A program made the position numbers and the translations under genes. The notes under the pieces were generated by a model. It worked only from the letters and a program-made list of their open reading frames with translations. It was not told where the DNA came from and searched no databases. 64,000 nucleotides of DNA. It comes from Bdellovibrionales bacterium GWB1_55_8. Lineage in GTDB: Bacteria; Bdellovibrionota; UBA1018. Of this stretch, positions 1 through 9,574 are shown piece by piece (within the stretch, counting starts at the first letter, position 1; each line of letters opens with the position of its first letter). The stretch is taken from the NCBI GenBank assembly GCA_001769835.1, contig MEPR01000073.1, positions 1,112 to 65,111 of the forward strand, given 5' to 3'.

Positions 1-78
1 GCAGCCAAAGGCACGACTCAGCAACGCGCCATCGGCTTTCCCTCAGGTTCCGGCTGGGAATCCCTTTGCAAAAGTCCC

Positions 79-2061
79 ATGACTCAATCAGCGCAAAAAA
101 CTCGCGCCAACGTCCACTGGCGTGCCACGGACATGACGAATCGTTTTCAATATACCGCCCACGCCATGGCAGATCCGGACCGTCCCGGAATTCGAGCGGT
201 TGCCGTGGTGATTCAAGACCTCTCCTATCTTCGTGAACGATGGATCGATGTCTTCATTGGAACAGCCGTTTTGACCTGGAGCGTCGGAGCAATTCTACTG
301 CTGCTCATGGCCACCCAGGTTCGCGGCTGGGTTCGCTCCAATGTGGGTTTACTGAGGCACAATCTCAAATCAATGGTGGCAGGACGCAGGCCCATGGTCT
401 CATCGGACTTCTCAGGCCTTTCAAGTGAACTGAAGCCGCTTTCAGAAGAGGTCGGAAAACTCGCGGCGCGAGTCATTTCGCTTTCAGATGCAAAACTTCC
501 CTCCGAGTCCTCCTGGTTGGAATCCCTGAAAAAGACCATTGGGGGCCGCAGTCTTCTGGTGATCGCCAATCGTGAACCTTACATCCATCAACGCACCATC
601 GATAGCCGATTCAGCTACCCACGCGGCCGAATCCACGTCATTCGACCTGCAAGTGGCCTGGTAACCGCGCTCGAACCTATTTTGCGCCACACCGGAGGCC
701 TGTGGATCGCCCACGGAAGCGGGAACGCCGATCCTGAGGTGGTTGACGCGAACAATGAAGTCAGAGTTCCTCCTGAACGCCCCACTTACAGCCTCAGGCG
801 TGTCTGGCTCACCAAGGAGCAGAACACCGGATACTACTACGGGTTCGCGAATGAGGGCCTTTGGCCTCTCTGTCATCTGGCGCATACAAGACCCATCTTC
901 CGCCTTTCTGACTGGCAGAAATACCGCGAAGTGAACCAGTTGTTTTGCGACGCCGTACCTCAGGAACGAATCGACGGTGACTCGCTCATCCTGGTACAGG
1001 ACTACCACTTCGCAATGCTGCCACGAATGCTGAAGCAGCGAAAAGGTCCCGAAAGTCGCGCAAAAGTGGGCATCTTCTGGCACATTCCGTGGCCGAACGC
1101 GGAAACATTCGGAATCTGCCCCTGGCACCAGGATCTCCTCCGCGGAATGCTCGGGGCTGACGTGATCGGCTTTCACACTCAGTATCACTGCAACAATTTC
1201 CTCGACACCTGTGACCGTTACCTGGAATCACGAATTGATCGCGAGCACTTTTCCGTGACAATGGACAATCACCAGACTTTCATTCGCGCCTTTCCGATCG
1301 GAATCGATACCGCGCCGGTACGGGTTCTCAGTCACGAGGAACGTGTCCAGCTGAAAGAACATTACGGAATCCGTGCTCCCATCGTGGCGGTCGGAGTGGA
1401 TCGCCTCGATTATACGAAAGGCCTCCTGGAACGTGTTGAAGCCGTGGAACGCTTCCTTGAAAAATACCCGCAGTACGTCGGTAAGTTCACATTTGTCCAG
1501 ATGGGATCACCGAGCCGAACGGATATCCCGTCCTATCGGGTGCTCGTTGAGCAACTCCACGAAGCAGTGTTACGCGTGAACACGAGATTCACGGGTCCCA
1601 GGGAACAGAGAAGCGGCTACCGTCCCATCGTATTTCTCAGTCAGCACCACGAGTGGGATGAGATCAAATATTTCTACCAGATCGGGGATCTCTGCATGGT
1701 GACCTCGCTCCACGATGGAATGAACCTCGTCGCCAAAGAATACGTCTGGTGCCAGGCCCCCGATCGCGGAGCCCTGATCCTGAGCAAGTTCACCGGGGCC
1801 AGCCGCGAGCTCACGGAAGCCTTCATCGTGAATCCCTATTCCATCGAGGAGATGGCCGATGCCATTGCCGCGGCCATCGCCATGCCCGCCGAGGAACGCC
1901 AGCGACGCATGACCGCCCTACGGGAAAAGGTACAATCCCATAATGCCTATCATTGGGCGTCCGACGTCATCGAGGCGCTGGTACGAACCGAAGCCCCGTC
2001 CGCGAAGCCCACTGAAGTAGCCGAAATGCCGGGTGAAGCACCGAAAAAAGCCGCCGGCTGA
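79..2061 (+). CDS. otsA: Trehalose-6-phosphate synthase-like glycosyltransferase (GT20) with ~150-aa N-terminal extension containing one predicted TM helix
   Basis: 660-aa ORF. The C-terminal ~480 aa have GT20/OtsA-like character (LLVIANREPY..., GFANEGLWPLCH, VQDYHF, GIFWHIPWP, GADVIGFHT, MVTSLHDGMNLVAKEY). The N-terminal region has the hydrophobic stretch VFIGTAVLTWSVGAILLLLMA. Confidence 0.75.
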   Translation: MTQSAQKTRANVHWRATDMTNRFQYTAHAMADPDRPGIRAVAVVIQDLSYLRERWIDVFIGTAVLTWSVGAILLLLMATQVRGWVRSNVGLLRHNLKSMVAGRRPMVSSDFSGLSSELKPLSEEVGKLAARVISLSDAKLPSESSWLESLKKTIGGRSLLVIANREPYIHQRTIDSRFSYPRGRIHVIRPASGLVTALEPILRHTGGLWIAHGSGNADPEVVDANNEVRVPPERPTYSLRRVWLTKEQNTGYYYGFANEGLWPLCHLAHTRPIFRLSDWQKYREVNQLFCDAVPQERIDGDSLILVQDYHFAMLPRMLKQRKGPESRAKVGIFWHIPWPNAETFGICPWHQDLLRGMLGADVIGFHTQYHCNNFLDTCDRYLESRIDREHFSVTMDNHQTFIRAFPIGIDTAPVRVLSHEERVQLKEHYGIRAPIVAVGVDRLDYTKGLLERVEAVERFLEKYPQYVGKFTFVQMGSPSRTDIPSYRVLVEQLHEAVLRVNTRFTGPREQRSGYRPIVFLSQHHEWDEIKYFYQIGDLCMVTSLHDGMNLVAKEYVWCQAPDRGALILSKFTGASRELTEAFIVNPYSIEEMADAIAAAIAMPAEERQRRMTALREKVQSHNAYHWASDVIEALVRTEAPSAKPTEVAEMPGEAPKKAAG

Positions 2062-2105
2062 CGCGTGCAGCGCGCGCCTTTCCTTGATCCCATGATTTCG
2101 ATAAG

Positions 2106-2792
2106 GTGGGATGCATGCGAATCACCGAAGTCGGAAACCAGATCATCCAGTGCACCGCTTGCCCCAGGCTCCGGAAGCACTGCTTGAAAACCGCGTCCGA
2201 AAGAAGGAGATCGTTCCAGGATCAGGAATACTGGGGAAAACCCATCACCGGTTTCGGCGATCCCAAAGCAAGGCTGATGCTAGTCGGTCTGGCGCCCGCA
2301 GCTCACGGAGCCAATCGCACCGGGCGGATCTTTACCGGCGATCGCTCGGGGGATTGGCTTTTTCGCGCGCTCCATCGCGCGGGTTTCGCAAATCAGCCCC
2401 ATTCCACCTCAGCCGATGACGGGCTGCAATTAAAGGACGCTTACGTCAGCTGCGTCGTGAAATGCGCGCCACCCGATAACCGTCCAACACCCGCGGAACT
2501 CGACCGGTGTATTCCATTCCTTCAACAGGAACTCTCCTGCATGAAACAGGTGCGCGTGTGGATCGCTCTCGGCCAGATTGGCTATCACGGATTATGGCCG
2601 CTCCTTTCCAGGCAGCCCGGCCACAAACGCGCGCGCCCCGCTTTCGGGCACGGCAAAAGAATTGATCTCGCTGAGGGCAAAACGCTTTTGCTTTCCTACC
2701 ATCCGAGCCAGCAGAACACGTTTACCGGCAGGCTGACGGAAGTCATGTTTGATTCGGTATTTGAGCAGGCGAAAACCCTGCTCCAGAAATAA
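2106..2792 (+). CDS. Uracil-DNA glycosylase superfamily protein, family 4/5 (UdgB-like; Fe-S type)
   Basis: N-terminal Cys cluster (CTACPRL...C) and motif GLAPAAHGANRTGRIFTGDRSG, resembling the family-5 GLAPAxHG motif. About 228 aa, the typical size. Confidence 0.7.
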   Translation: MGCMRITEVGNQIIQCTACPRLRKHCLKTASERRRSFQDQEYWGKPITGFGDPKARLMLVGLAPAAHGANRTGRIFTGDRSGDWLFRALHRAGFANQPHSTSADDGLQLKDAYVSCVVKCAPPDNRPTPAELDRCIPFLQQELSCMKQVRVWIALGQIGYHGLWPLLSRQPGHKRARPAFGHGKRIDLAEGKTLLLSYHPSQQNTFTGRLTEVMFDSVFEQAKTLLQK

Positions 2793-4491
2793 CCGAATGA
2801 TCTACGCGGCGCTTGAGCACGAAATAATCGCGCTCAAAAAGAGTCAGGTCGCGTTTGTCCCAGGCATCTTTCCAAAGAGGTTTTCCGGAATCGCTCTCAC
2901 CATGGGTACGCCAGCGTTTCCAAAAGTACTGGTCAAAACGCTCCGCGGGGAGCGTCTCGCTCATAAAACGATCAAAAGTCTCGCGGCCCTCGCCTGCCGC
3001 GACCAGGATCAGATCGCCTCGCAAAAACGCCTCTTTCAAAGCAGCGGGAGTATGCATCCCATCGACCGGACGCCCGATGAAAAATCGGAGAATCCCCCAC
3101 TCACTCCAGATATTCCTCTGAAGATTGACGTAGGACAGGCGCGCAGTCGAAGCGTCCGGGATCTCGCGCAGCAGCCGCCGCAGATCCACAACCTCGCGTT
3201 CGCCGATGACCATGAAAAATGATCCAAGCGCCCAGTAAAGCCCCAGCGTGCTCCAAGCCAGGTGCTTGACGCGAATTTCCTTCCCTTGAGCTGCGTACCA
3301 CCAACCGGCCACCGCGATCGCACTCGAAATCCAGAGCCACGGAAGCAGCCACGAAGGCCACCACTCGGGAAGCGGAGAAAGCCTAAGAACAATCGCCGTC
3401 ACACCTGCGGGAATGATCAAAAACAGAAGTCCCGTCGCGCGCACGGCCATGCGGTAAGCCAGGCTCCACAGAGCGGAATCCCGAGTCACGCGTAAGGTGA
3501 TCCCGATGAGCAAGACCACCGCGGAGATGACCGGGATGTTGTAGTTTTCAAACCGATAAGGATGCCAAAGGAAGAAAAGGACACTCGGAAGACAGAACAA
3601 GACAATGAGACTGACCAGACGTCGATAGACTTTGTCCGTGAAGAGCTTTCCGGCCCCCGCAAACAAATGGACATAAGCCAGTGTCGCCAAAAAAAACCAG
3701 GGAAAGAGGTAAAAACCGAAAGTTGAAACCACGGGAGTGAGCGGTCCCTGATGCGTAGAGGATTTGAGAACCAATTCCTTCATCAGATACTGGGAAATGA
3801 AGTTGTCCCGGTCTCCGAAATAAGCCGGCAGATATCCAGCTACACAAAGAATCACGCCCCAGAGCGCCGCTAGCCAACACCTCGGATCCTTCGCTCGTTT
3901 GAGCAGCTCTCCCGAAGCACCCCAGAACGCGACAGCCGAAACGCCCAGAAAAGCCGAATGCAGCGGAGCTTTGACCCAGCCCGCGATGCCCGCCACAGTC
4001 CAGAACGCGAATCCTGCACGTCCTGCTGAGCCGTCGAGCAGGTACAAGGCCAGAGCGAACAACCCAGCCAGTTCGATTTCCATCTGGCTTGCGTAGGCAT
4101 GTGAATAGACACCGACCGAGAGGGCAAAAGCGCTGCCAAGGAAAAGTGCCCCTTCCGGCCAGTCCGGGAACCTGCGCCGAACCAGGGCTCCCAAGGCCCA
4201 TCCGCCCAGAACCAGAAAAACGAGGTTCATGTAGAGAATGGCCCAAGGCGAATTCCCGAAGGTCCCCATGCCTATGCGCAACAAGACATAATGGAGCGGG
4301 CCCTTGTAGTAGTCGGGGGAATCCTGAAGCGTCTGAACAAACCAGTGCCCGTCACGAGCCATTTCGACGGCCTGTGATACGTATACTTTTTCGTCTCCTG
4401 CCGTGCGGACAAATCGGGAGCCTAGAAAAGGCGCATAAGCCGATACAATCAGCACGGCAAGTGCTAACTGCCAGGTCAAAAAACGTTTCAT
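2743..4491 (-). CDS. Polytopic membrane glycosyltransferase, GT39/ArnT/PMT-like (dolichyl/undecaprenyl-phosphate sugar transferase family)
   Basis: About 580 aa with many hydrophobic helices and a periplasmic C-terminal domain. The ORF extends to 4587, but the Arg-rich first 32 aa overlap the upstream micro-ORF. MKRFLTWQLALAVLIV at 4491 is the likely start. Confidence 0.55.
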   Translation of the reverse strand: MKRFLTWQLALAVLIVSAYAPFLGSRFVRTAGDEKVYVSQAVEMARDGHWFVQTLQDSPDYYKGPLHYVLLRIGMGTFGNSPWAILYMNLVFLVLGGWALGALVRRRFPDWPEGALFLGSAFALSVGVYSHAYASQMEIELAGLFALALYLLDGSAGRAGFAFWTVAGIAGWVKAPLHSAFLGVSAVAFWGASGELLKRAKDPRCWLAALWGVILCVAGYLPAYFGDRDNFISQYLMKELVLKSSTHQGPLTPVVSTFGFYLFPWFFLATLAYVHLFAGAGKLFTDKVYRRLVSLIVLFCLPSVLFFLWHPYRFENYNIPVISAVVLLIGITLRVTRDSALWSLAYRMAVRATGLLFLIIPAGVTAIVLRLSPLPEWWPSWLLPWLWISSAIAVAGWWYAAQGKEIRVKHLAWSTLGLYWALGSFFMVIGEREVVDLRRLLREIPDASTARLSYVNLQRNIWSEWGILRFFIGRPVDGMHTPAALKEAFLRGDLILVAAGEGRETFDRFMSETLPAERFDQYFWKRWRTHGESDSGKPLWKDAWDKRDLTLFERDYFVLKRRVDHSVISGAGFSPAQIPNQT

Positions 4492-4516
4492 GAAGCGAAC
4501 GCGGTTCCCCGCGAGC

Positions 4517-4711
4517 TTACTTCTTGCGGTTCTTTTTCTTGCGGAACGCGGACTTCTTCTCGGTTGAGCGCTTGGATTTCGCGGCAAAATAGGTCTTCGC
4601 GAATTCCTTGTCCGTGCTCAGCTTCAGGTTGCGCTTTTTGCGGCCCTCGGTTCGAAGAGTCCGGCGTGATTTCGCGGACGGGGTCGCAGGTGTGGTTGCA
4701 GCGGTGGCCAT
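4517..4711 (-). CDS. Small (64 aa) highly basic Lys/Arg-rich protein, unknown function
   Basis: A canonical AAGGAG Shine-Dalgarno lies 7 nt upstream of the ATG (minus strand: ttttaaggagatcttATGgcc). It is the only ORF in an otherwise empty intergenic interval. It sits co-directionally just upstream of the GT39 gene. Confidence 0.4.
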   Translation of the reverse strand: MATAATTPATPSAKSRRTLRTEGRKKRNLKLSTDKEFAKTYFAAKSKRSTEKKSAFRKKKNRKK

Positions 4712-4799
4712 AAGATCTCCTTAAAATCTGAAAGATGATCTTGTACCATAGCCTCTTCGGACAGCAAACCGTTTCTAGGGGTTCAAGGCGGATTCAAAG

Positions 4800-5465
4800 A
4801 TGGCCCTATTCCGAGAGATCCCGGAAAATCCGGATGGCATCGTAGGCGTAGGCGGGGACCTGAAGCCCGAAACCCTGCTTTATGCATATCGGCGAGGCAT
4901 TTTCCCCTGGCCGATGGAAGGATACCCGCTCACCTGGTTCTCTCCGCCTGAACGGGCCATTCTCGAATTCCGGAATCTGCATGTTCCTAGAAGTCTTGAG
5001 CGTGCGCGGCGCCAAAGCAGGCTTCATTTCACGTTCGATCAGGCCTTTTCAAAGGTGATCCGGCACTGTGCTCAGGTTCCCCGGCCAGGCCAGGACGGCA
5101 CCTGGATCACCTCCAGAATGGTAACCGGCTATCAGGCCCTCCACGCATTGGGCGCAGCTCATAGTGCGGAAGCATGGAATGGCGACCAGCTTGTGGCAGG
5201 GCTTTACGGCGTGGACGTCGACGGGGCTTTTGCCGCCGAAAGCATGTTTCACCTGCAGGCAAATGCGTCGAAACTCCTGCTGCTCACCCTCTTTGAGCAT
5301 TTGGGTCGGCAGGGACTCGACTGGATCGACATCCAGGTTCTGACCCCGCATCTCGAGGCACTGGGTGCCCGGGCTATCCCTCGGAGCGAGTTCCTGGAGA
5401 GACTGGCAAAGACTCGGGCTCGCGGCTTGAAGCTTTTTCCCGCACAACAGCCGTCTTCTCCATGA
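4800..5465 (+). CDS. aat: Leucyl/phenylalanyl-tRNA--protein transferase
   Basis: RRGIFPWP...W motif and size typical of L/F-transferase. Classical aat-clpA-clpS (N-end rule) neighbourhood. Confidence 0.85.
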   Translation: MALFREIPENPDGIVGVGGDLKPETLLYAYRRGIFPWPMEGYPLTWFSPPERAILEFRNLHVPRSLERARRQSRLHFTFDQAFSKVIRHCAQVPRPGQDGTWITSRMVTGYQALHALGAAHSAEAWNGDQLVAGLYGVDVDGAFAAESMFHLQANASKLLLLTLFEHLGRQGLDWIDIQVLTPHLEALGARAIPRSEFLERLAKTRARGLKLFPAQQPSSP

Positions 5466-7953
5466 ACTCGAAATCCACCTGCTCGCCAGACATGGACACC
5501 TTCACACGTCCGCCTGACTCCAGGCGCCCGAAGAGGATCTCTTCTGCTAATGGCTTTTTCAGATAGTCCTGAATGAGGCGAGCCATGGGTCGAGCGCCCA
5601 TACGACGGTCGTAACCTTTTCTGGCGAGCCAGTCTCGCACGTCGGGCCCAATCTCAATATCCACGCTCTTCGCCAGGAGCTGCGACTCAAGCTCGAGGAG
5701 CTGCTTCCCGACGACGTGGCCAACCGCCACCGGGTCCAGTGAATTGAAGTAAACAATGCCATCCAGGCGGTTCCGGAATTCGGGACTGAACGTCTGCTCG
5801 ACCGCCTTTTTCGCGCCCGAACCATCATTCGCAGTTGACCCAACGAGCCCATCGGTTTCCTGAGGGCCCACACCTAGCGGTCGACGCTCCAAGTCTCTGG
5901 AACCGACGTTCGAGGTCAGGATCAGGATGGCATTCCTGAAATCAGCTTTCCGGCCGTTGTTATCGGTAAGAAAGCCATGGTCCATCACCTGGAGAAGGAT
6001 ATTCCAGATATCGCCGTGAGCTTTTTCGATTTCATCCAGCAAAACCACGGAATGAGGGTTCTTTAAAACGGCATCAGTCAGCATGCCGGCCTGCTCAAAA
6101 CCCACATATCCCGGAGGAGCCCCGATCAGCCGGGAAACCGTGTGTTTCTCGCTGTACTCGCTCATGTCAAACCGCAGAAAAGGAACCCCAAGGCACTGCG
6201 AGAGCTGCTTGCTCAATTCCGTTTTTCCAACGCCGGTAGGGCCGCAGAACAGGAATGCGCCGACGGGACGCTCTGCCGTGCGAAGGCCCGAGCGAGCAAG
6301 CCGAATCGAGGTGACGAGAGCTTCGATCGCGTGATCCTGCCCGTAGATGGTGAACTTGAGATCCCGCTCCAGACTCTTCAGCCGCGTTTTCTGGGTGACT
6401 GAAACGGATTTGGCCGGAATCCGGGCAATCTGCGCAATTACTTCCTCGATTGCCTCAGCTCCGATCAGAACATCTTTTTCGCGCTTCTTGTCCGGCGATT
6501 TCAAACGTGCTTTCGCGCCGGCCTCATCGATGACGTCGATGGCCTTATCGGGAAGAAAACGGTCGGTCAGATGTTTTGATGAAAGCTCCACCGCCGCCCG
6601 GAGAGCTTCCGCTGAATACCGCACACCGTGGTGTTTTTCGTATCGTTCCTTGAGACCGTTCAGTATCTGGACGGCTTCCTCCACGGAAGGCTCGGGAACG
6701 TCGATCTTCTGAAAACGGCGCGCCAGCGCATGATCTTTCTCAAAAACGTTTCGGTATTCCTGATAAGTCGTCGAGCCGATGCAACGTAACTCACCCTGGC
6801 CGAGCACGGGTTTCAGGAGATTGGCCGCATCCAAAGCCCCCCCGCTGACCGCTCCGGCGCCGATAATGGTGTGAATCTCGTCAATCAGGAGGATGGGCTC
6901 ATGTCCCTGTTCCCGCTGTTTCTGCAAGGCAACCAGCACTTTTTTCAGGCGCTGCTCAAAGTCACCGCGGAACTTCGCCCCGGCGAGCAATGCTCCGAGA
7001 TCAAGCGCGTAGACCACTGCGTTCGAAAGATGTTCGGGAACCTCTCCCCTCACGATTCGCTCCGCAAGACCTTCGGCCAGCGCTGTTTTTCCGACACCTG
7101 CCTCGCCGACAAGAAGAGGATTGCTTTTCTGTCGGCGGCAAAGCGTCTGAACGATTCTCTCGACCTCGTTTTTGCGTCCGATCAGCGGGTCCACTTTTCC
7201 CGCCTCAGCACGCTCATTGAGATTGCGAGCATAAAGGACCAGCGGGTCATCCGACGAACGGTTCGGAGCCGGCTTTCCCGGAATACTTGTGGGTTGCGGG
7301 GAAAGGTCCGTTGAAGGAGCCTCCTCCGTACGATTTTCATCTTTCTGAATCCCATGACTGATGAAATTCAGCACATCCAGACGATCGATACCCTGCTTGG
7401 ACAAAAGATGGAGCGCGTGCGAATCTCTCGCCTGGAAAAGGGCAACCAGCAGATCCGCGGGTCGGATTTCGTCTTTGCCGGCGGATTGCACATGAAACAA
7501 CGCGCTTTGAATCAAGCGCTGAATACTGAGAGTCGCGATCGGATGTTCCCAGCCGGCCTCGTCACGGCCCTCGCTTTCTCCCTCTTCGGCTTCTCCGGAC
7601 GCGTCCATTTCCTGATCTGGATCCTGATCGGGATCGACATCTTCTCCGGATTCCGAAGCAGACAGCTCTTCATCTGGCGAAGGCGAAGCCGAAGAGTCGG
7701 GCGATTCAGCTTGCTCGGGAACTCCCGTTCGCGGGATTTCAGTTTCGAGGTAGCCCTCAAGCTCGGTCCGCATCCGGACCGGTTCGCCGCCGCAAGCGTC
7801 GATGATCTCGACAATTTCGTTCTCGCGCAAAAGACTCCAGAGCACATGCTCGAGCGTAAAATATTCGTGGTCCTGCTCGACAGCGAATCGGACAGCTCGG
7901 TTGAGGACGATTTCTGCTTTGCGTCCAATCATAAAAGGGGTTCTAGCGCACAC
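5374..7953 (-). CDS. clpA: ATP-dependent Clp protease ATP-binding subunit ClpA (with acidic low-complexity insertion after the N-domain)
   Basis: Two AAA+ modules with Walker [16 protein letters not shown] and [14 protein letters not shown]. The Clp N-domain is followed by a ~80-aa D/E/S-rich insert. Adjacent to clpS and aat. Confidence 0.9.
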   Translation of the reverse strand: MCARTPFMIGRKAEIVLNRAVRFAVEQDHEYFTLEHVLWSLLRENEIVEIIDACGGEPVRMRTELEGYLETEIPRTGVPEQAESPDSSASPSPDEELSASESGEDVDPDQDPDQEMDASGEAEEGESEGRDEAGWEHPIATLSIQRLIQSALFHVQSAGKDEIRPADLLVALFQARDSHALHLLSKQGIDRLDVLNFISHGIQKDENRTEEAPSTDLSPQPTSIPGKPAPNRSSDDPLVLYARNLNERAEAGKVDPLIGRKNEVERIVQTLCRRQKSNPLLVGEAGVGKTALAEGLAERIVRGEVPEHLSNAVVYALDLGALLAGAKFRGDFEQRLKKVLVALQKQREQGHEPILLIDEIHTIIGAGAVSGGALDAANLLKPVLGQGELRCIGSTTYQEYRNVFEKDHALARRFQKIDVPEPSVEEAVQILNGLKERYEKHHGVRYSAEALRAAVELSSKHLTDRFLPDKAIDVIDEAGAKARLKSPDKKREKDVLIGAEAIEEVIAQIARIPAKSVSVTQKTRLKSLERDLKFTIYGQDHAIEALVTSIRLARSGLRTAERPVGAFLFCGPTGVGKTELSKQLSQCLGVPFLRFDMSEYSEKHTVSRLIGAPPGYVGFEQAGMLTDAVLKNPHSVVLLDEIEKAHGDIWNILLQVMDHGFLTDNNGRKADFRNAILILTSNVGSRDLERRPLGVGPQETDGLVGSTANDGSGAKKAVEQTFSPEFRNRLDGIVYFNSLDPVAVGHVVGKQLLELESQLLAKSVDIEIGPDVRDWLARKGYDRRMGARPMARLIQDYLKKPLAEEILFGRLESGGRVKVSMSGEQVDFEFMEKTAVVREKASSREPESLPVSPGTRSEG

Positions 7954-8300
7954 CGCAGGGGAAATCCATGGGCTCGGGCATATTCCTGCACCTGCGCCAC
8001 CTTGGTCTCCGCAATTTCAAACACGTAGACGCCCGCCAAACCTTGTCCCTCCTGGTGCACCCGCAGCATAATTTGAGCCGCTTCCTGCCGCGACTTTCGA
8101 AAAAAGCGCTGCAAGACATCCACCACAAAGTCCATCGTCGTGTAATCGTCGTTCAACAGAAGAACAGCATATTTCGCTGGCTCTTTGAGCTTTGGCCGGC
8201 CCTCCTCGACCGCCACGTCCGAGCCGGTTTCTTCCTGGAAACGGCTGTCATCTGAGTCAGGCGAGTCGGGAAATCCGGACGAACTGATAGGCATGAGCAT
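7929..8300 (-). CDS. clpS: ATP-dependent Clp protease adaptor ClpS
   Basis: Core KLKEPAKYAVLLLNDDYTTMDFVVDVLQRFF...AAQIMLRVHQEGQGLAGVYVFEIAETKV is a clear ClpS fold. The ORF extends to 8360; the true start is probably the internal Met (MLMPISS) at 8300. Confidence 0.85.
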   Translation of the reverse strand: MLMPISSSGFPDSPDSDDSRFQEETGSDVAVEEGRPKLKEPAKYAVLLLNDDYTTMDFVVDVLQRFFRKSRQEAAQIMLRVHQEGQGLAGVYVFEIAETKVAQVQEYARAHGFPLRCALEPLL

Positions 8301-8403
8301 TTCATTAAAGTAGCACATGCATGGCCTCCGCTTGCAAGGTCTGCTTGACCGGGCGTGCACTCTCCCTCATTCTGACCTTAGCACTCGAGAAAGGCGGCCG
8401 ACC

Positions 8404-8961
8404 ATGACTCAGCAGACGGACGATCCAACTGGATCTCAGAAAAAACCTGACTCGCTCAAAAGGCAGCTGGAGCTCGCCAGGTTTGACCGTGCACTGGAAG
8501 TTTCCGAGAGCATGGCTTCCCGCCGGGTGCTTCTGACCACAACCGAGCTAGGCCGACTCAACAATATCCTTACCGGCCGGAACGAAGACCCGTGGCGGCA
8601 GGCGCCCGTCACGATCACGCTGCCATCAGGAGCTTCGGAAACGCTCGCACTCATGTCCGATCCGCTCGTCACGACCCGCGAGAAGTTGCACCATGCCACG
8701 GAACTCGCTGAATCAGGCGCCGTGATTGACGCAGCAGTGGACGTTTACGCGGGCCTGGTGCTCGCTCACGTTTTCGAGGATGCCAATCGCCGCACAGCAG
8801 TACTCGCGGCGCATTATTTTCTTCATCGGTACGGCGTGCCCGTATCAGGGATCGCTTTGCACGAAATCGGATTGGGCGACCTGCGCGAAGAAGGTCAGAC
8901 AGAACTGCTCCGTGAAACCATCCGCCAGATGGCGAAATTCGCCACCCGGCAGCGCAGCTAA
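8404..8961 (+). CDS. Fic/Doc-family protein with degenerate active-site motif (HVFEDANRR)
   Basis: About 185 aa. The central motif HVFEDANRRTAVLAAHYFL matches the Fic/Doc HxFx(D/E)(G/A)N(G/K)R core with substitutions. The internal ATG at 8404 is preferred over the ORF start at 8317. Confidence 0.5.
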   Translation: MTQQTDDPTGSQKKPDSLKRQLELARFDRALEVSESMASRRVLLTTTELGRLNNILTGRNEDPWRQAPVTITLPSGASETLALMSDPLVTTREKLHHATELAESGAVIDAAVDVYAGLVLAHVFEDANRRTAVLAAHYFLHRYGVPVSGIALHEIGLGDLREEGQTELLRETIRQMAKFATRQRS

Positions 8962-8962
8962 A

Positions 8963-9574
8963 CTATCTGGAATTCGCCAGTCCACGCGGCATCGAAGTGC
9001 GTTTGGCCAGAGTCGTGGGATCTGGAAGAACTTCCCAGGGGTCCACAGCCTCAACCCCGTTACGTACTTCAAAGTGAACATGAGGCCCGCTAGAGCGGCC
9101 ACTGTTGCCGCTCAGTGCGATTTTCTGCCCCCTTCTCACCCGCTGTCCCACTCGCACCAGAAGCTTTGAGTTGTGGGCATAAACTGTCGCGATACGCTCG
9201 CGGTGACGGATCACTATCATTTTACCGTAACCTCTAAGCCGTTGTCCGGCGAACAAAACGACACCTGATTCCGCGGCAAGCACCGGCGTGCCTGTTCTGG
9301 CGCGGAGATCAATACCCTCATGGACGTTCTTACCGCGACTGCCATACATGGAGGTGACGTGCACCATTTCAATGGGCCACTGAAGCGCCAGTCCCTTTTT
9401 TTTCATTTCTGAAATCAGAACTGCCGCGGGCCTGCGACCGCCATCAGCCTTTCCCAGACGATCCAGAAGCCCTGTGCGACCGCTTCCCATGGGGCTGACC
9501 GTCGAACATCCGCCCGCGATGACGGTGAAAACGACAAGCGCTATCGCGGAGCGTGAGGCGGCAAAAAAACTCAT
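8963..9574 (-). CDS. M23 family metallopeptidase lipoprotein (NlpD/LytM-like)
   Basis: Signal peptide or lipobox GGCS. M23 motifs HEGIDL...GTPV and SGNSGRSSGPHVHFEV. Located downstream of surE, as in surE-pcm-nlpD loci. Confidence 0.8.
   Translation of the reverse strand: MSFFAASRSAIALVVFTVIAGGCSTVSPMGSGRTGLLDRLGKADGGRRPAAVLISEMKKKGLALQWPIEMVHVTSMYGSRGKNVHEGIDLRARTGTPVLAAESGVVLFAGQRLRGYGKMIVIRHRERIATVYAHNSKLLVRVGQRVRRGQKIALSGNSGRSSGPHVHFEVRNGVEAVDPWEVLPDPTTLAKRTSMPRGLANSR

Noticed and set aside
484-1188. 234-aa minus-strand ORF (and several 60-115-aa ORFs) antisense inside the otsA-like gene
   Set aside because: It is fully embedded in a gene with clear GT20 motifs in the opposite frame. 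GC-rich DNA generates long antisense ORFs by chance, and there is no Shine-Dalgarno or recognisable motif.
3548-4246. 232-aa and other Gly/Arg/Ser-rich ORFs overlapping the GT39 membrane protein gene on both strands
   Set aside because: They have low-complexity Arg/Gly/Ser composition typical of out-of-frame translation of GC-rich coding DNA. The GT39 frame has coherent TM-helix periodicity.
6871-7314. 147-aa and 224-aa plus-strand ORFs within clpA
   Set aside because: They lie antisense to the AAA+ domains of ClpA, which have unambiguous Walker motifs. No independent support.
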